Of a stretch of DNA of 64,000 bases, positions 1 to 8,922 are shown in pieces. Under the pieces are notes generated by a model. The model was not told the origin of the DNA. It made no database searches and worked only from the letters and a program-made list of their open reading frames with translations. A program made the translations under genes and the position numbers. Position 1 is the first letter of the stretch; each line of letters starts with the position of its first letter. Source of the stretch: Solirubrobacteraceae bacterium (GTDB lineage Bacteria > Actinomycetota > Thermoleophilia > Solirubrobacterales > Solirubrobacteraceae); NCBI GenBank assembly GCA_035552235.1, contig DASZLT010000040.1, positions 10,412 through 74,411 on the forward strand, in the 5' to 3' direction.

Positions 1-234
1 CCGATCTCGGCGATCAACGAGCGCAGCCTCGTCTGGATCCTCGACGCCCAGGAGCCCTCGATCGACGATCAGATCCGCGCCACCGGTGCGCGCCTGATCC
101 GCGGCGAGGGCGACCCGCTGGCCGAGCTGGTGCGTATCCACCGCTTCGCCGAGGGCCTCGTCAGCCTGCGCGGCATCAACCCAGACCAGCCGCCGCACAT
201 CTCGCGGTCGGTCGTACTGGCAGAGGACCGGTAG
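1..234 (+). CDS. SIS-domain sugar-phosphate isomerase/deaminase (AgaS/GlmS-like), 5'-truncated by window edge
   Basis: Frame 1 reads PISAINERSLVW...DPLAELVRIHRFA...RGINPDQPPHISRSVVL..*, the typical SIS C-terminal GxNPDxPxxLSRSV motif; sits upstream of a PfkB kinase. Confidence 0.8.
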   Translation, partial: PISAINERSLVWILDAQEPSIDDQIRATGARLIRGEGDPLAELVRIHRFAEGLVSLRGINPDQPPHISRSVVLAEDR

Positions 235-238
235 CGAA

Positions 239-1195
239 TTGTCGCCGGGCGCTGCTCGCGTAATCGTCACTGTCACCGCCAACGTTGCGATCGATCGCAC
301 CTACTTGGTCGACCATCTTGAGGTCGGCGCGGTGCACAAGGTCACCAGGGTCTACACCCTGATCGGCGGCAAGGGCGTCAATGTCTCCCGCTGCGTCCGC
401 AGCCTCGGCGGTGAGACGCTCGTCGTCGGGCTAATCGGGCGCGCAGGCCTCGACGACGCCACCAAGGAGCTCACCGGCGCCGGCCTGAATTCCAGCCTCG
501 TCGCCGTTGATGGGCCGCCCCGCCAGACGGTCACGGTCACGGCTCACGACGGCACCTCGACCGCCTTCGACGAGGCCGGCCCGACGGTCACCTCTCGCGA
601 TTGGACCGATTTTGAGCGTCACATCGCCGGCCTGCTCGAGGAGGCCGGCCTGCTGGTGATCGCCGGCAGCCTGCCGCCTGGGACGCCCGAGCAGTCACTC
701 GCGAACCTCTGCGAACAGGCCAACCGCCACCGCGTCCCCGTCATCCTCGACGCCCGCGGCGCGGCCATGCGCGCCGCACTGGACAGCAAGCCTCTGGTCG
801 CCAAGCTCAATCGCAGCGAGCTTGCCCAGACGCTCGGCCGCGAGATCACGGGCGAAGACGAGGTGATCGAAGGCGCGATCGAGCTGCGCTCGCTCGGCGC
901 CGCATCTGTGGTTGTCACCCTTGGCGAGCACGGCGCGATCGGCGTAGATGGTGACGTCTGGAGAGTTACGCATCCAGCCGCGGACGGCAATCCGATCGGT
1001 GCCGGAGATGCCTTCTCCGCGGCCCTGGCGCTTGGCATCGGTACGGGCAAGCGCCCTCACGAGCTGTTGAGGGATGGAGCGGCCGCAGCGCTCGCGAGCC
1101 TCAAGGCCCCGACCGCGGGTGCGCTCGACGCAAACGACGTCGAGGCAGCGCTCGCGACCGTCCAACTCACTCACATCGGAAGGGCACCAGGATGA
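239..1195 (+). CDS. 1-phosphofructokinase/tagatose-6-phosphate kinase family (PfkB) hexose kinase
   Basis: TVTANVAIDRT, GGKGVNVS, AGSLPPG, KLNRSEL, VTLGEHGA, NPIGAGDAF motifs. Confidence 0.9.
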   Translation: MSPGAARVIVTVTANVAIDRTYLVDHLEVGAVHKVTRVYTLIGGKGVNVSRCVRSLGGETLVVGLIGRAGLDDATKELTGAGLNSSLVAVDGPPRQTVTVTAHDGTSTAFDEAGPTVTSRDWTDFERHIAGLLEEAGLLVIAGSLPPGTPEQSLANLCEQANRHRVPVILDARGAAMRAALDSKPLVAKLNRSELAQTLGREITGEDEVIEGAIELRSLGAASVVVTLGEHGAIGVDGDVWRVTHPAADGNPIGAGDAFSAALALGIGTGKRPHELLRDGAAAALASLKAPTAGALDANDVEAALATVQLTHIGRAPG

Positions 1196-1976
1196 ACGTG
1201 TTCATCCTGGCCGTCGACCACCGCAACTCTCTGCGCGGCTGGCTCGCTTCACTCGGCGTGCCGACCAGCGAGACCGACGCGACCGTCCGCAAGCTCAAGA
1301 GTCTCTGTGCAGAGGCACTTGCACAGGCCCGCCCGCAGCTCCACGCGCGCGAGATGCCGATGATGTTGCTCGACGAGGAGTAAGGGTGGACGCGATCCCC
1401 GCCGCAAAGGCTCGGGGCCTGCAGGTCGTGATCCCGGCCGAGCGCAGTGGCCAGACCGAGTTCATCTTCGAGCACGGCGATGACTCCGGCGACGCGATCG
1501 AGCGTGCCGACCCGGACGCAGTCAAGGCACTCGTCGGCTACAACCCCGTCGCGGACGCCCAGCGCCCACAGCTTGCGGCCGAAGCGATCGACCAGCTGGC
1601 AGCCGACGGCCTGCGGCCCGACTGGTGGAAGCTCGAGGGCAACAACGACCCCCGACGGCGCCGCGGTGTCGCTACGGCGGCGGCACCAGCCGCGGAGATC
1701 GGCTGGCTGGTACTGGGCCGCGGACAGGACCGCGAGAGCGTGACCCCCTGGGTTAAGGCCGCAGCAACCGCCGGTGGTTTCATGGGCTTTGCCGAGGGCG
1801 GGACCCTGCGGACGGACTCCTTCACCGCGCTGCTCAGAGGAGAGATTGACGACCGCGAGGCCGTCAACCGGATCGCCAACGCGTACCTGGACATCGTGTC
1901 CGCCTACCGGAGGGCGGCACTCCCTCGACAGCTCCGTCGCAAGGAGTGTCGGGTGAGCACGGAGGGGCCCAGGTGA
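1192..1976 (+). pseudogene. DUF2090 / IolC-associated class I aldolase-domain protein, disrupted
   Basis: FILAVDHRNSL...LLDEE then TAA at 1381 where YG is expected; continues in another frame (ERSGQTEFIFEHG, PDWWKLEG, LVLGRG, GFMGFA); a central segment appears deleted. Confidence 0.75.
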
Positions 1977-2752
1977 GCGAGGCCGAAGCCCACGGTCGCA
2001 ACGAGCGCCTGCGCGCGGTCGTCGAGCTGGTCGAGGCGGCCGAGCACCCGGTCGCCGTCGAGTGGCTGGCCGAACGGCTCTCGGTCGCGCCGGCCACGAT
2101 CCGCCGGGACGCCAAGGTGCTCGAGCAGCAGGGCGCGGTTGCGCGCTCGTGGGGCCGCGTCGGGCGTCCGGGCGGTTTCGTCGAGCAGCCGATCGGCGAG
2201 CGCGCCTCCCAGCACCCGGCCGAGAAGCGCCGCATCGCCAAAGCGGCGGCGCGGCTCGTGCACGACGATTCGCTGGTCGGGCTGACCGGCGGCAGCACCA
2301 CGCTGGCGGTCGCCCGGGCGATCGCCGGGCGCCGGCGCCTGACGGTCGTCACCAACAGCCTCAGCATCGGCATGCAGCTCGCGCCGCGCAGCAACATCCG
2401 GCTGATCCTCTCCGGCGGCGAGGCCCGCAACGCCTCGTTCGAACTCTCGGGGCCGCTCTCGGTTTCAGCAATCGAGGCCTTCAACCTCGACCTCGCGATC
2501 CTCGGCGTCGACGGGATCGATGTGCGCACCGGCCTTACGACCTACGACCACGCCGAGGCGATCACCAACGCGACGCTGGTGCGGCGCGCCTCGCGGACGG
2601 TCGTCGTCGCCGACTCGAGCAAGCTCGGGCGCACCGGCTTCGCCCGCATCTGCGATCTGGTCGCCGTCGAGACGCTGATCACCGACGACGGTGCCAGCGA
2701 CGACCAGATCGCCGGGCTCACGGCGCTGGGAGTGAACGTAGTCCGTGTCTGA
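1973..2752 (+). CDS. DeoR/GlpR (AgaR-like) transcriptional regulator
   Basis: VAPATIRRD HTH, EKRRIA, GLTGGSTT, VVTNSL, ADSSKLG; GTG start with GGAGG RBS overlapping upstream stop. Confidence 0.9.
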   Translation: MSEAEAHGRNERLRAVVELVEAAEHPVAVEWLAERLSVAPATIRRDAKVLEQQGAVARSWGRVGRPGGFVEQPIGERASQHPAEKRRIAKAAARLVHDDSLVGLTGGSTTLAVARAIAGRRRLTVVTNSLSIGMQLAPRSNIRLILSGGEARNASFELSGPLSVSAIEAFNLDLAILGVDGIDVRTGLTTYDHAEAITNATLVRRASRTVVVADSSKLGRTGFARICDLVAVETLITDDGASDDQIAGLTALGVNVVRV

Positions 2753-2801
2753 GACCGCGAGCAGCAGCGGCATCCAACGGACCGAACGCGGTCAACACCG
2801 T

Positions 2802-4328
2802 CTATTGCAGGGACATCCGCTCGTAGGACAGGTAGAGGTGCGCGGCCCACGACTCCGGGTCGGCGGCGAAGTAACGCTGCAGCGCACCACCGTTCAGCGC
2901 GTCGTCGAGGGCGGCCATGATCATCGATTGATCGAGCACAAGGCGCCGGTGGCCGATCGACCCGGTGGTCGGGTTGACCGCGTCGTAGAAGCCGCCGTCG
3001 CTCGTATAGATGCCGGGGTAGTCGGCGCGCAGCGCGACCAGGTTGGCGTAGGCCTGCTCGGGCACGACCGGCAGCGCGATCGCTGAGGCATGCGGTGAGA
3101 CCGTGTCCTCGGTGGCACAGGTCGTGCACCAGGCGAGCGGTTCGTTGGCTCCGAACACCAGGCCCTCGACGCCGAACCCGCCGTAGCCGCCGGTGTCGTC
3201 CGCCGTGCTCGAGGGCGACAACCCCCACACCGGGTATCCCAGCGCTTCAGTCGCGTACCTGATCTGCACCTGCGCCCAGCGGAGGTCATCGAGGCCGAAG
3301 CTGTGCGGCCCCCAGGTCGTTTCGGGCACCACGAGGTTGGCCATCAGCCCCTCGAACATGCCGCCGGCGAAAGTCGGCACGAACGTCAGCGAGGTCCCGG
3401 GATAGGTGTAGTGGCCCTCCCAGACGCGGAACTGCTTGCCCGATTGCGGGTCGGTGTAGGTCTGCCAGTAGCCCGTCCCCGTGTAGGGGAAGGCCGGGTC
3501 GCTCGCGCACTGCTGTGGCGGCCAGGTGCGCCAGGTGCGCCACCACACGTCGCCCGGCATCTGGCGGCGCCCCATGCCGATGTACATGGAGATCCGCGGG
3601 TCGCTGTAGAGCGCGCCGTTGTGATAGCCGGCCGGTCCCTGGTCGACGTAGTAGCCGCCATACTGCTGGCCGGTCGGGGGGTTCCCGGGCAGGGATGCGT
3701 TCACGTTGCAATCGGTCTGCGCCCGGTTGTCATAGAAGATACTGAAGTCCATCGGCGCCAGCAGCCGATCGGCGAGCCCGCGGACCCCCGGCAGCGCCTG
3801 CCGAACCTCGATCAGGCCCGACGCGTACCAGCCGTTGTCGACCGCCGAGACGAACCAGCAGTTGTCCTGCGAGGGCGTCGTCTCGGTGCAGTCGCCCTGG
3901 CCAGGGTTGAGCAGCACGTTGCCGTTGTCGGTGTCGTACCACTGGTAGAGCATCCCGCCGAAGCGCTTGAGCGTCGTCACCTCCTCAAGCGTCGCGCTGG
4001 CGAGCTGATCGGCCCTCGCCGTGTCGATCAGCCCGAGATCGTGGGCCGCAACCACCGCCCACAGGTAGACGCCGATGTTGGCGGCCGAGGTGTATGTGCC
4101 GCGGACCGAACCTGGTCCGAGGTTGTCAAGCGGCAGATGGGTGACGGGGTCGACGTCGGCGCCATAGAACCTCCACGTGTCGGCGGCGATCTGGTGCAGC
4201 ACAGCCGCCTGGCCTGCCGTCCAGGTGGTCTGCTGGGCAGCCGCAGTTGCCGGTGCCCCCACGCTCACCGCGACCGCGATCCCGAGGATCGCGATCGCGG
4301 TCACGCACAGACGCGCGCGCAGGCGCAT
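2802..4328 (-). CDS. Secreted glucoamylase-like (DUF3131/Glycoamylase; Cgs-transglycosylase/GH144-like) beta-1,2-glucan-active enzyme
   Basis: Signal peptide; TSAANIGVYL, LYQWYDT, VSAVDNG, GGMFEGLM, WGLSPS, GFYDAVN, DQSMIM motifs. Confidence 0.75.
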   Translation of the reverse strand: MRLRARLCVTAIAILGIAVAVSVGAPATAAAQQTTWTAGQAAVLHQIAADTWRFYGADVDPVTHLPLDNLGPGSVRGTYTSAANIGVYLWAVVAAHDLGLIDTARADQLASATLEEVTTLKRFGGMLYQWYDTDNGNVLLNPGQGDCTETTPSQDNCWFVSAVDNGWYASGLIEVRQALPGVRGLADRLLAPMDFSIFYDNRAQTDCNVNASLPGNPPTGQQYGGYYVDQGPAGYHNGALYSDPRISMYIGMGRRQMPGDVWWRTWRTWPPQQCASDPAFPYTGTGYWQTYTDPQSGKQFRVWEGHYTYPGTSLTFVPTFAGGMFEGLMANLVVPETTWGPHSFGLDDLRWAQVQIRYATEALGYPVWGLSPSSTADDTGGYGGFGVEGLVFGANEPLAWCTTCATEDTVSPHASAIALPVVPEQAYANLVALRADYPGIYTSDGGFYDAVNPTTGSIGHRRLVLDQSMIMAALDDALNGGALQRYFAADPESWAAHLYLSYERMSLQ

Positions 4329-4331
4329 CGT

Positions 4332-6731
4332 CTAGCTCAGCGTGAAGGTGGTATGCAGCCCCGGCGAGTCGAGGCCAACCCCGACCGAGCTGTCACCCAC
4401 CCACAGGTCGAATGGGCCCGGCTGTACGACGAACTGACCCGCGTCGTTGTAGTAGCCGAGGTTCTGCGGCCCGAGCGTGAACGTCACCGTCTTGGTCTGG
4501 CCGGGCGCGAGTGTGACGCGCTGGAAGCCCTCCAGCTTCTTGACCGGCTGGAGCAGGCTCGTGTCGCTCTCGTGCAGGTACAGCTGCACGACGTCGGTGC
4601 CGGCCACCGAGCCGCTGTTCGTGACATCGGCTGTGACGTGGAACGTGCCGGTGCTCGATACGGTGCTCGGCGCGCTCAGGTTCGCGAACGAGAACTTCGT
4701 GTACGAGAGCCCGTAGCCGAACGGGTACTGCGGGGCGTTCGGGGCGTCCAGATACCTCGAGGTGTACTTGTTGTTCGGGTCGTATGGCCGGCCGGTCGGC
4801 AGCTCGTCGTAGGAGATCGGGATCTGACCGACGTTGACCGGGAACGACATCGGCAGCTTGCCGCTCGGGTTGACCTTGCCGAACAGCAGGTCGGCGACGG
4901 CGTCGCCGCCCGCTGTGCCCGGATACCACGCCTCGAGCAGCGCCGGGGCGTTGTTGGCCAGCCACGGAATCGTCAGTGGCCGCCCGTTCATCAGCACCAC
5001 CACGTAGGGCTTGCCGGTCGCGGCGATCTGCCGCACGAGCGCGAGCTGCTGCCCGGGAAGCCCGAGCGAGGTGCGTGACGAGGCCTCGCCGCTGTCGCCT
5101 GCCGGCTCACCGACCACCACGACCGTGACGTCGGCCGCCTGCGCCGCCGCCACCGCGGCGGAGAAGCCCGTCGTCTCGTTGCACGGATCACTGACAGTGA
5201 ATGTCGTGCAGCCGGGCACGGTGGTTACGTTCGCGCTCGGGTCCGCGTTCTTGATGCCGTCCGCGACCGTCACGATCTTGTCGGTTGTTTTGAGGTCGGC
5301 GGTGGTGGTGTCGTAGCCGCCCGGCACATCCGGACCGAGCTGGTCGAGGGCATTGTCGGCCAGCGGGCCGACGACAGCGATGTTCGCCGTGCCGGTACTG
5401 AGCGGCAGTGCACCGCCCGAGTTGTTGAGCAGCACCATCGACTCGTCGGCCATCGAGCGAGCTGCATCGATGTGCGCCGGCGTCAGCTCCTCGCTGGCGA
5501 CCCGGGCGGCGCTGCCCTGGTACGGGTGGCTGAACATGCCCGCCAGGTACTTCAGCGTCAGCACATGCCGCACGGCAGCGTTCAGCTCGGTCATCGTGAT
5601 CTTGCCATCACTCAGCAGCTGTGGGCCGTAGGTCTCGTAGGTCGAGTAGATCGGGTTGCCGGGAGTCGGCCCCATAGTCACCGCCATCTCGATGTTCTCG
5701 CCCGCGGTCAGCGCCAGACGGGCAGCGTCGGCGCCGTTGGCGGCGTAACCGAAGTCCTCGAGCTCCTGTACCGCCTGGTAGTCGCTGATGGTGGCGCCGC
5801 CGAAGCCCCACTCGTTGCGCAGGATCTTCGTGAGCAGATATGGGTTGGCGGTGTTGGGCACGCCGTTCAAGGAGTTGAACGAGCTCATCACGGTCGCAGC
5901 GCCGGCATCGACGGCCGCCTTGTAGGGCGGCAGGTAGTCGTTGAACAGCTGCTGGGTCGACATATCGACCGTGTTGTATTCGCGGCCTGCCACCGGGGCG
6001 CCGTAGCCGCCAAAGTGCTTGATCGTCGCGGCCAGCTTGTCCGGGGCGGAGAAATCAGAGCCCTGATAGCCCTCCACCTTCGCGGCCGCGATCGCCGAGC
6101 CGAGGAACGGGTCCTCGCCCGCGCCCTCGACCACGCGACCCCAGCGCGGGTCGCGGCTGATGTCGACCATCGGGTTGAAGGTCCACTTGATGCCGTCAGC
6201 GCTTGCCTCGTCCGCGGACACCGACTCGTCCTGTGAGACGAGCGCGGGATCCCAGCTCGCGGCCTCGCCCAGCGGCACCGGGAACATCGTGCGGTAGCCG
6301 TGGATCACGTCGAGCCCGAAGATCAGTGGTATGTGCAGTCGCGAGTTGTTGACGGCGGCGGCCTGCACGGCGTTGATGTTGTTGACGCCGGTCAGATCGA
6401 GGACCGACCCGATCTTGCCCTGCTCGGCCAGCGGGATCAGGTCGCTGCCCGTGGCTGTGCCGGGCCCCGCCATCTCGAGCTGACCGAACTTCTCCGCCAC
6501 CGTCATCTCACCCAGCAGGTGGTTGACGTTGGCGCTGATCTGGGCCTGACTCAGTGACGCTGTCCGGGCGTCGGCGCGATGGCTGCTGCGGCCCCTCGCC
6601 GCTGCACCCGGCGCCCCGGAAACCGCGATCACCAATACCACGCTGGCGGCGACCAGCGCCGCAACACCAATCAAGAAGCCGAAGCTGCGCCTGGGCTCCT
6701 CGCGCACTACACGAGCGATCCGCTCCGCCAT
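4332..6731 (-). CDS. bglX: GH3 beta-glucosidase, secreted/anchored, with C-terminal FnIII-like domain
   Basis: DVIHGYRT, RDPRWGRVVEGAGEDP, KHF, SDY nucleophile, PFGYGLSYT; ATG at 6731 with GGAGAAGGA RBS. Confidence 0.92.
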   Translation of the reverse strand: MAERIARVVREEPRRSFGFLIGVAALVAASVVLVIAVSGAPGAAARGRSSHRADARTASLSQAQISANVNHLLGEMTVAEKFGQLEMAGPGTATGSDLIPLAEQGKIGSVLDLTGVNNINAVQAAAVNNSRLHIPLIFGLDVIHGYRTMFPVPLGEAASWDPALVSQDESVSADEASADGIKWTFNPMVDISRDPRWGRVVEGAGEDPFLGSAIAAAKVEGYQGSDFSAPDKLAATIKHFGGYGAPVAGREYNTVDMSTQQLFNDYLPPYKAAVDAGAATVMSSFNSLNGVPNTANPYLLTKILRNEWGFGGATISDYQAVQELEDFGYAANGADAARLALTAGENIEMAVTMGPTPGNPIYSTYETYGPQLLSDGKITMTELNAAVRHVLTLKYLAGMFSHPYQGSAARVASEELTPAHIDAARSMADESMVLLNNSGGALPLSTGTANIAVVGPLADNALDQLGPDVPGGYDTTTADLKTTDKIVTVADGIKNADPSANVTTVPGCTTFTVSDPCNETTGFSAAVAAAQAADVTVVVVGEPAGDSGEASSRTSLGLPGQQLALVRQIAATGKPYVVVLMNGRPLTIPWLANNAPALLEAWYPGTAGGDAVADLLFGKVNPSGKLPMSFPVNVGQIPISYDELPTGRPYDPNNKYTSRYLDAPNAPQYPFGYGLSYTKFSFANLSAPSTVSSTGTFHVTADVTNSGSVAGTDVVQLYLHESDTSLLQPVKKLEGFQRVTLAPGQTKTVTFTLGPQNLGYYNDAGQFVVQPGPFDLWVGDSSVGVGLDSPGLHTTFTLS

Positions 6732-6764
6732 TTCCTTCTCCTTCGTCTGGTGGCCGCCCGGCAC

Positions 6765-6789
6765 CTACCCAGGTCGCGACGCGCAAAAC
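6765..6789 (-). promoter_or_regulatory. SigB/SigF-type promoter (GTTT-N15-GGGTAG) upstream of bglX
   Basis: Minus strand reads GGTTTTgcgcgtcgcgacctGGGTAG about 35 nt upstream of the start codon. Confidence 0.5.
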
Positions 6790-6903
6790 CGGGCCGTCAA
6801 CCGAACGAGTGAAGGGCTTGCGGGCCTGCAGTATGTCGGCGGGCGATCTAGGCCTGGATCCGGGCCAGCGCTGCACGCATTACGAAGTTTTCCGAAGTGT
6901 GCT

Positions 6904-8487
6904 GTGAGGTCTATCCTGTTCGCGCCAATGGTCCGACGGCTGAACCATCATCCGCACCGCGCCGCGAGGGGGGCTCGCAGGCTTGGTCCGCGAGTACTGG
7001 GAGCGACGCTGATCGTGGCGCTGCTCGGCGCCGTGGGCGCATCAGCGTTCTCGGGGCGCGCCGCGCCGGCCTCGTCGCGCCACGTGGCCACACCGTCGAT
7101 CACGGTCTCGCTCGCCGGCGCCAGCGTCGGTCCGCCGCTGCCGGCCGGATTCGTCGGCCTGGCGACCGAGTACTGGAACGTCGAGATGGAGGTCGGCACC
7201 AATCCCAAGAAGCCGGACGCGGCGTTCGAGCAGGTGCTGCGGAACCTCGCGCCCGGCGGCGGCTTCAACCTGAGGATCGGCGGCGACAGCACCGACTGGA
7301 CCTGGTGGCCGATCGCCGGCCTGAAGCAGCCGCCGTGGGTGCGGTGGACGATGACGCCGGCGTGGGCAGCGGTGACCGACCGGCTCGTGGACGACCTCCA
7401 CGCGCACCTGATCGTGGGGATCAACATGGAGGCCGGCAGCCTCAAGGTCGCGAGCGCCGAGATTCATGAGATCCGTTCGGCCATGGGCGCGACGCCGACG
7501 ACCTTCGAGCTCGGCAACGAGCCGGAGCTCTACTCGCACTTCCCCTTCTACCACGGCACCGCGGGCCAGGCGGTGCTCGGCCGGCCGAAGGCCTACTCAC
7601 TGCTGAACATGGCCTCGCAGTGGAACGAGATGGCCAACGCGCTGCCCGACGTGCGCTTCGCCGGTCCCGGCTACTCGGGGCTGAACGCGCTGCCCGACGT
7701 CGGCCCGTTTCTGTCCCAGAGCCGACGGCTCTCACTGGTCACGGTGCACACCTACCCGCTCAAGTCGACGCGCTGCACTGCCGGCGTGCGGCCGCAGGAG
7801 AGTGAGCTCTTCAGCACGCACTCGCTGCAGGAGCTGGCCGCCGGAATCGGCAGCTGGACGAGCCTCGCCCACCAGAACGGCGTCGGGGTCCGGGTCGATG
7901 AGATGAACTCCGTCACCTGCGGCGGGCAGCCGGGCTTCACAAACACCTTCGGGCCGGCGCTATGGGCGCTGAACATCCTGCCGCTCTACGCCGAGGCCGG
8001 CGTCAACGGGGTCAACTTCCAGAGCCGCCCATACACGGCGCAGAACCTGATCCAGACCGTCCACACGCGCGCCGGCTGGCGCGTGCGGGTCCAGCCCGAG
8101 TACTACGGACTGATGGAGTTCGCGCAGCTGACGCCCCCCGGATCGAAGATGCTGACGGTCGGGGCGATGCCGAGCGGGCTCTACGCCTGGTCCGACAGAA
8201 CCCCGCTGGGGCAGACGCACGTCGTCGTCACCAACGTCGGCACCACCTCAGTCACCGTCGCGATCCCCGCCAAGGGCGCGACCGGCCCGGCGAGCGTCGA
8301 GACCCTGAGCGACGGTGCGGGCGGGCTCTGGGCCACCGGCGGGATCAGGCTCGGCGGGCAGATGATCTCCCCAAGCACCGGCCAGCTGACAGGCACCCCG
8401 GTTACAAAGAGCTTGCCCGCCACGGCCGGCGCCTACGACGTCACCGTGGCCCCGGACAGCGCCGCGATCCTCACCCTCCGGGGCTAG
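6904..8487 (+). CDS. Secreted GH79 glycoside hydrolase (beta-glucuronidase/heparanase-like)
   Basis: LRIGGDSTD, FELGNEPELY acid/base, VDEMNSVTCGG nucleophile, ALWAL, PEYYG; N-terminal signal/TM; start may be ATG 6928. Confidence 0.82.
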   Translation: MRSILFAPMVRRLNHHPHRAARGARRLGPRVLGATLIVALLGAVGASAFSGRAAPASSRHVATPSITVSLAGASVGPPLPAGFVGLATEYWNVEMEVGTNPKKPDAAFEQVLRNLAPGGGFNLRIGGDSTDWTWWPIAGLKQPPWVRWTMTPAWAAVTDRLVDDLHAHLIVGINMEAGSLKVASAEIHEIRSAMGATPTTFELGNEPELYSHFPFYHGTAGQAVLGRPKAYSLLNMASQWNEMANALPDVRFAGPGYSGLNALPDVGPFLSQSRRLSLVTVHTYPLKSTRCTAGVRPQESELFSTHSLQELAAGIGSWTSLAHQNGVGVRVDEMNSVTCGGQPGFTNTFGPALWALNILPLYAEAGVNGVNFQSRPYTAQNLIQTVHTRAGWRVRVQPEYYGLMEFAQLTPPGSKMLTVGAMPSGLYAWSDRTPLGQTHVVVTNVGTTSVTVAIPAKGATGPASVETLSDGAGGLWATGGIRLGGQMISPSTGQLTGTPVTKSLPATAGAYDVTVAPDSAAILTLRG

Positions 8488-8604
8488 CCGCGGCCGGGCG
8501 ATCCGCGCGGTCAAGCGCGACCGCGCGGGAGGGCAATGCTTCATCCACGTGGGCAGTTTGACGAGTTCGTCATGCTGTGTGGACACGACTTCAGGAGGCC
8601 GATC

Positions 8605-8922
8605 ATGGCTGTCTGCTCGCACCTGGACCAGGTGCAGATAACCGAACTGCCCGCGTCGGTCGATGGCTGCGAAGACTGCCTGCGCGACGGCGGGAAGTGG
8701 CTGCACCTGCGCATCTGCTTGACCTGCGGGCACGTCGGCTGCTGCGATGACTCGCCGGCGCGTCACGCCAGCCACCACGCGCGTGAGACCGAGCACCCCG
8801 TGATCCGCTCACTCGAGCCGGGCGAGGAGTGGAGCTACTGCTACGTCGACGACGTGGGAATGCTGATCCCCGAGGTCCGCGGGAGCACGCGGATCCCGCC
8901 GTCGCCAATGATGTACTCATGA
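8605..8922 (+). CDS. UBP-type zinc finger domain protein
   Basis: CSH..GCEDC..WLHLRICLTCGHVGCCDDSPARHASHH..HP..RSLEPGEEWSYCY; AGGAGG RBS. Confidence 0.92.
   Translation: MAVCSHLDQVQITELPASVDGCEDCLRDGGKWLHLRICLTCGHVGCCDDSPARHASHHARETEHPVIRSLEPGEEWSYCYVDDVGMLIPEVRGSTRIPPSPMMYS

Noticed and set aside
3303-5078. Long antisense or alternate-frame ORFs (also 56743-58884, 61679-63334, the 5' parts of 24118-26172 and 43823-46165, and many others)
   Set aside because: Shadow ORFs typical of high-GC DNA, overlapping well-supported genes and lacking motifs
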